From the NCBI RefSeq assembly GCF_009914755.1, contig NC_060939.1: DNA of 64,000 bases. One strand, written 5' to 3'. Each line of letters opens with the position of its first letter. Positions within the stretch are counted from its first letter, which is position 1. The notes under the pieces were generated by a model. That model had not been told where the DNA came from, ran no database searches, and saw only the letters and a program-made list of their open reading frames with translations. Below are positions 1 to 11,600 of the stretch, one piece after another. Position numbers and translations under genes: made by a program. The stretch comes from the human T2T-CHM13v2.0 reference genome, Homo sapiens.

Positions 1-2834
1 GTGCATTCATATCACATGGTTGAAACTACCTTTTGGTTGAGCAGTTTTGAATCTCTCTTTTTGTAACATCTGCAATGGATATTTGGAGCCCTTTGTGGTC
101 TGTGGTGGAAAAGGAACTATCCTCAAATAAAAACTACACAGAAGTATTCCGAGAAACTTCCTTGTGATGTGTGCATTCATCTCACAGGGTTGAACCTTTG
201 GTTTGATTGAGCAGTTTTGAGACAATCTTTCCATAGAATCTGGAAGTGAATATTTGGAGAACCTTGAGATCTATTTTGGAGAAGGAGATATCTTTATATG
301 AAAACTGCACAGAAGCATTCTGAGAAACATCTTTGTGAGGTGTGCAATGAAGTCACAGAGTTGAAACTATGTTTTGATTCAGCAGTTTTGAGTCTCTCTT
401 TTTGCAGAATCTGCGAGTGGATATCTGGAGAACTTGGAGGCCTATTTGGAAAAGGAAATATCTTCACATATAAACTATGCAGAAGCATTTTGAGATTCTT
501 CTTTGTGAGGTGTGCATTCAACTCACAGAGTTGAACTTATCTTTTCCTTGAGCACTTTCATATCTCATTTTCTGTAGAATCTGCAAGTGGATATTTGGAG
601 CTCTTTGCACCCTGTGGTGGAAAGGGAACTATCTTCATATAAAAACTACAAAGAAGCATTCAGAGAAACTTCTTGTGATGAATGCATTCCTCACACAGAG
701 CTGAACCTTTCTTTTTATGGAGCAGTATTGAAACGCTCTTTTTGCAGAATCACCAAGTGGATATTTGGAGAGCTTTGGGGCCTGTTTTGGAAAATGAAAT
801 ATCTTCAAAGTAAAACTACACAGAACCATTCTGAGAAACTTCTTTATGATGTGTGCATTCAACTCTCAGAGTTGAACCTACCTTATGATTGAGCAATTTG
901 GAAACACTCTTTTTGTAGAGCCTGCAAGTGGATATTTAGAACGATTTGAGGCCTATTGTGGAAAAGCAAATATCTTCACATAAAAACTACACAGAAGCAT
1001 TCTGAGAAACTTCTTTGGCATGTGTGCATTCAACTAACAGTGTTGAACGTATCTTTTGATTGAGCAGCTTAGAATCTCTCTTTTTGTAGAAAATGCAAGT
1101 AGATATTTGGAGCCCCATTTTGCCCTATGGTAGAAAACAAAACATCTTCACATAAAATCTACACAGAAGCATTCTGAGAAACTTCTTTGTGATGTTTGCA
1201 TTGAACTCCCAGAGTCGAACCTATCTTTTGATAGAGCACTTTTGTATCTCTCTTTTTGCGGAATCTGCAAGTGGATATTTGGAAAGCTTGAGGCCTATTG
1301 TGAAAAAGGAAATATCTTCACATAAAAACTACAGAGAAGCATTCTGAGAAACTTCTTTGTGAGGCATGGATTCAACCCACAGAGTTGGACTTATCATTGA
1401 GCAGTTTTGAATCTCTCTTTTTGTCGAATCTGCAAGTGGATATTTGGAGCCCTTTGCAACCTAGGGTGGAAAAGGAAATACCTTCAAATAAAAACTATAT
1501 AGAAGCATTCCGTAAAACTTCTTTGTGACGTGTGCATTCGTCTCACAGAGTTGAACCTATCTAATGATTGAGCGGTTTTGAAACACTCATTTTGTAGAAC
1601 CTGCAAGTGGATATTGGGAGTACTTTGTGGCCTTCTTTGGAAAAGGGAATATCTTCACATAAAAACTACAAAGAAGCATTCTGAGAAACTTCTTTGTGAT
1701 GTGTGCATTCATCTCACAGTGTTGGACGTTTCTTTTGATAGGGCAGTTTTGAAACACTCTTTTTCTAGAATCTGCAAGTGGATATTTGGAGCGCTTTGAG
1801 GCCTAATGTGGAAAATCAAATATCTTCACATAAAAACTACACAGAGGCATTCTGAGAAACTTCTTTTTTTGTGTGTGCATTCAACTCACATAGTTGAAGT
1901 AATCTTTGGATTTAGCTGTTTTGAATCTCCTTTTTGCAGAATCTGCAAGTTGATACTTGGAGCCCTGTTTCACCCTATAGTGGAAAAGCAAATATCTTCA
2001 CATAAACAAACCCTACAGAGAAGCATTCAGAGAAAGTCCTTTGTGATGTGTGCATTGAACATGCAGAGTTGACACTATCTTTTGATTGTACAGTTTTGAA
2101 TACGTCTTTTTGTAGAATCTGCAAGTGGAAGTTTGGAGCTGTTTGCACCCTGTGGTGTAAAAGGAAATATCTTCATATAAAAGCTACACAGAAGCATTCA
2201 GAAAGACTTCTTTGTGATGAATGCGTTCCTCACACAGAGTTGAATCTTCCTTTTTATTGAGTAGTATTGAAACCCTCTTTTTGCAGAATAACCAGGTGGA
2301 TATTTGGAGAGCTTTGAGGCCTGTTTTGGAAAAGCAAATATCTTCAAATTAAAACCACACAGAAGCATTCTGAGAAGCTTCTTTGTGATGTGTGCATTCA
2401 ACTCTCAGAGTTCAACGTGTCTTATGATGGAGCAGTTTGGAAACACTCTTTTTTGTAGAAACTGCAAGTGGATATGTAGAGCGATTTGAGGCCTACTGTG
2501 GAAAAGCAAATATCTTCACATAACAACTACACAGAAGCACTCCTAGAAACTTCTTTGTGATGTGTGAATTCAACTCACAGAGCTGAACCTATCTTTTGAT
2601 GGAGTAGCTTAGAATCTCTCTTTTTTTAGAATCTGCACGTGGATATTTGGAGCGCTTTGAGACCTAAAGTGGAAAAGCAAATATCTTCACATAAAATCTA
2701 CATAGAGGCACTCTAAGAAACTTCTTTTTGATGTGTGCATTCACCTCACAGAGCTGAACCGATCCTTCGAGTGACCAGTTTTGAATCTCTCTTTTTATAC
2801 AATCTGCAAGTGGATATTTGGAGCCCTTTGCGGC

Positions 2835-2851
2835 CTATGGTGGAAAAGGAA
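2835..2851 (+). promoter_or_regulatory. pJalpha (A-box) motif CTATGGTGGAAAAGGAA, a putative protein-binding site; repeated in each HOR
   Basis: Exact match to the pJalpha consensus as I recall it (CTAYGGTGRAAAAGGAA), at the monomer position that the CENP-B box occupies in B-type monomers. Binding is not demonstrated. Confidence 0.7.
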
Positions 2852-2874
2852 ATATCTTCAAATAAAAACTACAC

Positions 2875-2932
2875 AGAAGCATTCTGAGTCCCTATTTTGG
2901 AAAAGAAAATATCTTCACTTAAACAACTACGC
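2875..2932 (+). repeat. 58-bp truncated alpha satellite monomer, present once in every HOR copy
   Basis: agaagcattctgag runs directly into tccctattttggaaaagaaaatatcttcac, and the next landmark is 58 bp away rather than ~171 bp. Confidence 0.93.
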
Positions 2933-3063
2933 AGAAATACTGTGAGAAACTTCTTTGTTATGTGAGCATTCAACTCACAGAGTTGAACCTATCTTTTGAT
3001 TGAGCAGTTTTGAATCTCTCATTTTGCAGAATCTGCAAGGGGATATTTGGAGCCCTTTGCGGC

Positions 3064-3080
3064 CTATGGTGGAAAAGGAA
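3064..3080 (+). promoter_or_regulatory. Second pJalpha (A-box) motif CTATGGTGGAAAAGGAA; repeated in each HOR
   Basis: Exact 17-mer, 229 bp downstream of the first. Confidence 0.7.
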
Positions 3081-4323
3081 ATACCTTCAAATGAAAAGCA
3101 CACAGAGGCATTCTGAGAAACTTCCTCGTGATTGTGCATTCAACTCACAGAGTTAAACCTATCTTATGATTGACCAGTTTTGGAACACTCTTTTCATAGG
3201 ATCTGCAAGTGGATATTTGGCGTGCTTTGAGGCCTATCGTGGAAAAGCAAATAACTTCAGATAAAAACTATACAGAAGCATTCTGAGAAACTTCTTTGTG
3301 ATGTGTGCATTGATCTCACAGAGTTGAAAGTGTATTTTGATTGAGCAGTTTTGAAACACTCTTTTTGTAGAATCTGCAAGTGGATAATTGGGGAGATTTG
3401 AGGTATATTGTGGAAAAGCAAGTATCTTCATATAAAAACTATACAGAAGCTTTCTGAGAAACATCTTTGTGAGGTTTGCATTCAACTCACAGAGCTGGAA
3501 CTATCTTTTGAGTGACCAGTTTTGAATCTCTCTTTTTGTACAATCTGCAAGTGGATATTTGGAGCGTTTTGAGGCCTACATTTGAAAATCAAATATCTTC
3601 CCTTAAAAGCTACACAGAAACATTCTCAGAAATTGTTTGTCATGTGTGCTTTCAAATTACCAAGTTGAACCTACCTTGTGATTGAGCAGTTTTGAATCTC
3701 TCTTTTTGTGGAATCTGCAAGTGGATATTTTTAGCCATTTGCGGACTGTGGTGGAAAAGGAATTATCTTCAAATCCATTCTACACAGAAGCATTCAGACA
3801 AACTTTTTGTGATGAGTGCATTGGTCACACAGAATTGAACCTCTCCTTTGATTGAGCAATTCTGAAACACTCTTTCAGAGGGTCTGCAAGTGGATATTTT
3901 AGAGCTTTGGGACAATTGTGGAAAAGTAAATATCTTCACATAGAAACTACACGGAAGCATTCTGAGAAACTTCTTTGGAGGTGTGCATTCAACTCACAGA
4001 GTTGAACCTATCTTTTCATTGAGCAGTTTTGAATCTCTCTTTTTGTAGACTCTGCTTGCAGATATTTGGAGAGCTTTGAGGCCTATTGTGGAAAAGGAAT
4101 CATCTTCACATAAAAACACACAGAAGCACTCTGAGAAACTTCTTTGTGAAGTGTGCATTCAACTCACAGAGTTGAACCTATCTTTTGATTGAGAAGCTTT
4201 GAATCTCTCTTTTTGTAGAAGCTGCATGTGGATATTTGGAGACGTTTGTGGCCTATGGTAGAAAAGGCAATATCTTCAAATAAAAACTAGACAGAAGCAT
4301 TTTGAGAAATTTCTCTGTGCTGT

Positions 4324-7300
4324 GTGCATTCATATCACATGGTTGAAACTACCTTTTGGTTGAGCAGTTTTGAATCTCTCTTTTTGTAACATCTGCAATG
4401 GATATTTGGAGCCCTTTGTGGTCTGTGGTGGAAAAGGAACTATCCTCAAATAAAAACTACACAGAAGTATTCCGAGAAACTTCCTTGTGATGTGTGCATT
4501 CATCTCACAGGGTTGAACCTTTGGTTTGATTGAGCAGTTTTGAGACAATCTTTCCATAGAATCTGGAAGTGAATATTTGGAGAACCTTGAGATCTATTTT
4601 GGAGAAGGAGATATCTTTATATGAAAACTGCACAGAAGCATTCTGAGAAACATCTTTGTGAGGTGTGCAATGAAGTCACAGAGTTGAAACTATGTTTTGA
4701 TTCAGCAGTTTTGAGTCTCTCTTTTTGCAGAATCTGCGAGTGGATATCTGGAGAACTTGGAGGCCTATTTGGAAAAGGAAATATCTTCACATATAAACTA
4801 TGCAGAAGCATTTTGAGATTCTTCTTTGTGAGGTGTGCATTCAACTCACAGAGTTGAACTTATCTTTTCCTTGAGCACTTTCATATCTCATTTTCTGTAG
4901 AATCTGCAAGTGGATATTTGGAGCTCTTTGCACCCTGTGGTGGAAAGGGAACTATCTTCATATAAAAACTACAAAGAAGCATTCAGAGAAACTTCTTGTG
5001 ATGAATGCATTCCTCACACAGAGCTGAACCTTTCTTTTTATTGAGCAGTATTGAAACGCTCTTTTTGCAGAATCACCAAGTGGATATTTGGAGAGCTTTG
5101 GGGCCTGTTTTGGAAAATGAAATATCTTCAAAGTAAAACTACACAGAACCATTCTGAGAAACTTCTTTATGATGTGTGCATTCAACTCTCAGAGTTGAAC
5201 CTACCTTATGATTGAGCAATTTGGAAACACTCTTTTTGTAGAGCCTGCAAGTGGATATTTAGAACGATTTGAGGCCTATTGTGGAAAAGCAAATATCTTC
5301 ACATAAAAACTACACAGAAGCATTCTGAGAAACTTCTTTGGCATGTGTGCATTCAACTAACAGTGTTGAACGTATCTTTTGATTGAGCAGCTTAGAATCT
5401 CTCTTTTTGTAGAAAATGCAAGTAGATATTTGGAGCCCCATTTTGCCCTATGGTAGAAAACAAAACATCTTCACATAAAATCTACACAGAAGCATTCTGA
5501 GAAACTTCTTTGTGATGTTTGCATTGAACTCCCAGAGTCGAACCTATCTTTTGATAGAGCACTTTTGTATCTCTCTTTTTGCGGAATCTGCAAGTGGATA
5601 TTTGGAAAGCTTGAGGCCTATTGTGAAAAAGGAAATATCTTCACATAAAAACTACAGAGAAGCATTCTGAGAAACTTCTTTGTGAGGCATGGATTCAACC
5701 CACAGAGTTGGACTTATCATTGAGCAGTTTTGAATCTCTCTTTTTGTCGAATCTGCAAGTGGATATTTGGAGCCCTTTGCAACCTAGGGTGGAAAAGGAA
5801 ATACCTTCAAATAAAAACTATATAGAAGCATTCCGTAAAACTTCTTTGTGACGTGTGCATTCGTCTCACAGAGTTGAACCTATCTAATGATTGAGCGGTT
5901 TTGAAACACTCATTTTGTAGAACCTGCAAGTGGATATTGGGAGTACTTTGTGGCCTTCTTTGGAAAAGGGAATATCTTCACATAAAAACTACAAAGAAGC
6001 ATTCTGAGAAACTTCTTTGTGATGTGTGCATTCATCTCACAGTGTTGGACGTTTCTTTTGATAGGGCAGTTTTGAAACACTCTTTTTCTAGAATCTGCAA
6101 GTGGATATTTGGAGTGCTTTGAGGCCTAATGTGGAAAATCAAATATCTTCACATAAAAACTACACAGAGGCATTCTGAGAAACTTCTTTTTTTGTGTGTG
6201 CATTCAACTCACATAGTTGAAGTAATCTTTGGATTTAGCTGTTTTGAATCTCCTTTTTGCAGAATCTGCAAGTTGATACTTGGAGCCCTGTTTCACCCTA
6301 TAGTGGAAAAGCAAATATCTTCACATAAACAAACCCTACAGAGAAGCATTCAGAGAAAGTCCTTTGTGATGTGTGCATTGAACATGCAGAGTTGACACTA
6401 TCTTTTGATTGTACAGTTTTGAATACGTCTTTTTGTAGAATCTGCAAGTGGAAGTTTGGAGCTGTTTGCACCCTGTGGTGTAAAAGGAAATATCTTCATA
6501 TAAAAGCTACACAGAAGCATTCAGAAAGACTTCTTTGTGATGAATGCGTTCCTCACACAGAGTTGAATCTTCCTTTTTATTGAGTAGTATTGAAACCCTC
6601 TTTTTGCAGAATAACCAGGTGGATATTTGGAGAGCTTTGAGGCCTGTTTTGGAAAAGCAAATATCTTCAAATTAAAACCACACAGAAGCATTCTGAGAAG
6701 CTTCTTTGTGATGTGTGCATTCAACTCTCAGAGTTCAACGTGTCTTATGATGGAGCAGTTTGGAAACACTCTTTTTTGTAGAAACTGCAAGTGGATATGT
6801 AGAGCGATTTGAGGCCTACTGTGGAAAAGCAAATATCTTCACATAACAACTACACAGAAGCACTCCTAGAAACTTCTTTGTGATGTGTGAATTCAACTCA
6901 CAGAGCTGAACCTATCTTTTGATGGAGTAGCTTAGAATCTCTCTTTTTTTAGAATCTGCACGTGGATATTTGGAGCGCTTTGAGACCTAAAGTGGAAAAG
7001 CAAATATCTTCACATAAAATCTACATAGAGGCACTCTAAGAAACTTCTTTTTGATGTGTGCATTCACCTCACAGAGCTGAACCGATCCTTCGAGTGACCA
7101 GTTTTGAATCTCTCTTTTTATACAATCTGCAAGTGGATATTTGGAGCCCTTTGCGGCCTATGGTGGAAAAGGAAATATCTTCAAATAAAAACTACACAGA
7201 AGCATTCTGAGTCCCTATTTTGGAAAAGAAAATATCTTCACTTAAACAACTACGCAGAAATACTGTGAGAAACTTCTTTGTTATGTGAGCATTCAACTCA

Positions 7301-8646
7301 CAGAGTTGAACCTATCTTTTGATTGAGCAGTTTTGAATCTCTCATTTTGCAGAATCTGCAAGGGGATATTTGGAGCCCTTTGCGGCCTATGGTGGAAAAG
7401 GAAATACCTTCAAATGAAAAGCACACAGAGGCATTCTGAGAAACTTCCTCGTGATTGTGCATTCAACTCACAGAGTTAAACCTATCTTATGATTGACCAG
7501 TTTTGGAACACTCTTTTCATAGGATCTGCAAGTGGATATTTGGCGTGCTTTGAGGCCTATCGTGGAAAAGCAAATAACTTCAGATAAAAACTATACAGAA
7601 GCATTCTGAGAAACTTCTTTGTGATGTGTGCATTGATCTCACAGAGTTGAAAGTGTATTTTGATTGAGCAGTTTTGAAACACTCTTTTTGTAGAATCTGC
7701 AAGTGGATAATTGGGGAGATTTGAGGTATATTGTGGAAAAGCAAGTATCTTCATATAAAAACTATACAGAAGCTTTCTGAGAAACATCTTTGTGAGGTTT
7801 GCATTCAACTCACAGAGCTGGAACTATCTTTTGAGTGACCAGTTTTGAATCTCTCTTTTTGTACAATCTGCAAGTGGATATTTGGAGCGTTTTGAGGCCT
7901 ACATTTGAAAATCAAATATCTTCCCTTAAAAGCTACACAGAAACATTCTCAGAAATTGTTTGTCATGTGTGCTTTCAAATTACCAAGTTGAACCTACCTT
8001 GTGATTGAGCAGTTTTGAATCTCTCTTTTTGTGGAATCTGCAAGTGGATATTTTTAGCCATTTGCGGACTGTGGTGGAAAAGGAATTATCTTCAAATCCA
8101 TTCTACACAGAAGCATTCAGACAAACTTTTTGTGATGAGTGCATTGGTCACACAGAATTGAACCTCTCCTTTGATTGAGCAATTCTGAAACACTCTTTCA
8201 GAGGGTCTGCAAGTGGATATTTTAGAGCTTTGGGACAATTGTGGAAAAGTAAATATCTTCACATAGAAACTACACGGAAGCATTCTGAGAAACTTCTTTG
8301 GAGGTGTGCATTCAACTCACAGAGTTGAACCTATCTTTTCATTGAGCAGTTTTGAATCTCTCTTTTTGTAGACTCTGCTTGCAGATATTTGGAGAGCTTT
8401 GAGGCCTATTGTGGAAAAGGAATCATCTTCACATAAAAACACACAGAAGCACTCTGAGAAACTTCTTTGTGAAGTGTGCATTCAACTCACAGAGTTGAAC
8501 CTATCTTTTGATTGAGAAGCTTTGAATCTCTCTTTTTGTAGAAGCTGCATGTGGATATTTGGAGACGTTTGTGGCCTATGGTAGAAAAGGCAATATCTTC
8601 AAATAAAAACTAGACAGAAGCATTTTGAGAAATTTCTCTGTGCTGT
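4324..8646 (+). repeat. HOR copy 2 (4323 bp)
   Basis: ORF offset +4323; T7; tattg allele at 5042; private C>T at 6115. Confidence 0.97.
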
Positions 8647-11600
8647 GTGCATTCATATCACATGGTTGAAACTACCTTTTGGTTGAGCAGTTTTGAATCT
8701 CTCTTTTTGTAACATCTGCAATGGATATTTGGAGCCCTTTGTGGTCTGTGGTGGAAAAGGAACTATCCTCAAATAAAAACTACACAGAAGTATTCCGAGA
8801 AACTTCCTTGTGATGTGTGCATTCATCTCACAGGGTTGAACCTTTGGTTTGATTGAGCAGTTTTGAGACAATCTTTCCATAGAATCTGGAAGTGAATATT
8901 TGGAGAACCTTGAGATCTATTTTGGAGAAGGAGATATCTTTATATGAAAACTGCACAGAAGCATTCTGAGAAACATCTTTGTGAGGTGTGCAATGAAGTC
9001 ACAGAGTTGAAACTATGTTTTGATTCAGCAGTTTTGAGTCTCTCTTTTTGCAGAATCTGCGAGTGGATATCTGGAGAACTTGGAGGCCTATTTGGAAAAG
9101 GAAATATCTTCACATATAAACTATGCAGAAGCATTTTGAGATTCTTCTTTGTGAGGTGTGCATTCAACTCACAGAGTTGAACTTATCTTTTCCTTGAGCA
9201 CTTTCATATCTCATTTTCTGTAGAATCTGCAAGTGGATATTTGGAGCTCTTTGCACCCTGTGGTGGAAAGGGAACTATCTTCATATAAAAACTACAAAGA
9301 AGCATTCAGAGAAACTTCTTGTGATGAATGCATTCCTCACACAGAGCTGAACCTTTCTTTTTATTGAGCAGTAATGAAACGCTCTTTTTGCAGAATCACC
9401 AAGTGGATATTTGGAGAGCTTTGGGGCCTGTTTTGGAAAATGAAATATCTTCAAAGTAAAACTACACAGAACCATTCTGAGAAACTTCTTTATGATGTGT
9501 GCATTCAACTCTCAGAGTTGAACCTACCTTATGATTGAGCAATTTGGAAACACTCTTTTTGTAGAGCCTGCAAGTGGATATTTAGAACGATTTGAGGCCT
9601 ATTGTGGAAAAGCAAATATCTTCACATAAAAACTACACAGAAGCATTCTGAGAAACTTCTTTGGCATGTGTGCATTCAACTAACAGTGTTGAACGTATCT
9701 TTTGATTGAGCAGCTTAGAATCTCTCTTTTTGTAGAAAATGCAAGTAGATATTTGGAGCCCCATTTTGCCCTATGGTAGAAAACAAAACATCTTCACATA
9801 AAATCTACACAGAAGCATTCTGAGAAACTTCTTTGTGATGTTTGCATTGAACTCCCAGAGTCGAACCTATCTTTTGATAGAGCACTTTTGTATCTCTCTT
9901 TTTGCGGAATCTGCAAGTGGATATTTGGAAAGCTTGAGGCCTATTGTGAAAAAGGAAATATCTTCACATAAAAACTACAGAGAAGCATTCTGAGAAACTT
10001 CTTTGTGAGGCATGGATTCAACCCACAGAGTTGGACTTATCATTGAGCAGTTTTGAATCTCTCTTTTTGTCGAATCTGCAAGTGGATATTTGGAGCCCTT
10101 TGCAACCTAGGGTGGAAAAGGAAATACCTTCAAATAAAAACTATATAGAAGCATTCCGTAAAACTTCTTTGTGACGTGTGCATTCGTCTCACAGAGTTGA
10201 ACCTATCTAATGATTGAGCGGTTTTGAAACACTCATTTTGTAGAACCTGCAAGTGGATATTGGGAGTACTTTGTGGCCTTCTTTGGAAAAGGGAATATCT
10301 TCACATAAAAACTACAAAGAAGCATTCTGAGAAACTTCTTTGTGATGTGTGCATTCATCTCACAGTGTTGGACGTTTCTTTTGATAGGGCAGTTTTGAAA
10401 CACTCTTTTTCTAGAATCTGCAAGTGGATATTTGGAGCGCTTTGAGGCCTAATGTGGAAAATCAAATATCTTCACATAAAAACTACACAGAGGCATTCTG
10501 AGAAACTTCTTTTTTTGTGTGTGCATTCAACTCACATAGTTGAAGTAATCTTTGGATTTAGCTGTTTTGAATCTCCTTTTTGCAGAATCTGCAAGTTGAT
10601 ACTTGGAGCCCTGTTTCACCCTATAGTGGAAAAGCAAATATCTTCACATAAACAAACCCTACAGAGAAGCATTCAGAGAAAGTCCTTTGTGATGTGTGCA
10701 TTGAACATGCAGAGTTGACACTATCTTTTGATTGTACAGTTTTGAATACGTCTTTTTGTAGAATCTGCAAGTGGAAGTTTGGAGCTGTTTGCACCCTGTG
10801 GTGTAAAAGGAAATATCTTCATATAAAAGCTACACAGAAGCATTCAGAAAGACTTCTTTGTGATGAATGCGTTCCTCACACAGAGTTGAATCTTCCTTTT
10901 TATTGAGTAGTATTGAAACCCTCTTTTTGCAGAATAACCAGGTGGATATTTGGAGAGCTTTGAGGCCTGTTTTGGAAAAGCAAATATCTTCAAATTAAAA
11001 CCACACAGAAGCATTCTGAGAAGCTTCTTTGTGATGTGTGCATTCAACTCTCAGAGTTCAACGTGTCTTATGATGGAGCAGTTTGGAAACACTCTTTTTT
11101 GTAGAAACTGCAAGTGGATATGTAGAGCGATTTGAGGCCTACTGTGGAAAAGCAAATATCTTCACATAACAACTACACAGAAGCACTCCTAGAAACTTCT
11201 TTGTGATGTGTGAATTCAACTCACAGAGCTGAACCTATCTTTTGATGGAGTAGCTTAGAATCTCTCTTTTTTTAGAATCTGCACGTGGATATTTGGAGCG
11301 CTTTGAGACCTAAAGTGGAAAAGCAAATATCTTCACATAAAATCTACATAGAGGCACTCTAAGAAACTTCTTTTTGATGTGTGCATTCACCTCACAGAGC
11401 TGAACCGATCCTTCGAGTGACCAGTTTTGAATCTCTCTTTTTATACAATCTGCAAGTGGATATTTGGAGCCCTTTGCGGCCTATGGTGGAAAAGGAAATA
11501 TCTTCAAATAAAAACTACACAGAAGCATTCTGAGTCCCTATTTTGGAAAAGAAAATATCTTCACTTAAACAACTACGCAGAAATACTGTGAGAAACTTCT

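Larger units (their letters stand above)
1..4323 (+). repeat. HOR copy 1 (4323 bp; phase arbitrary, set by the window start)
   Basis: gtgcattcatatcacatgg at 1 recurs at 4324; T7 allele; G at 719. Confidence 0.97.

Noticed and set aside
587-892. Longest ORF (101 aa)
   Set aside because: It starts at GTG, has no recognisable domain, and is broken by TGA in copies 2, 3, 6 and 11.
1578-2260. Cys/His-rich peptides resembling zinc fingers (CxxC)
   Set aside because: The CxxC pattern arises from tgtagaatctgc and tgtgatgtgtgc in every monomer, and there is no proper finger spacing or gene structure.
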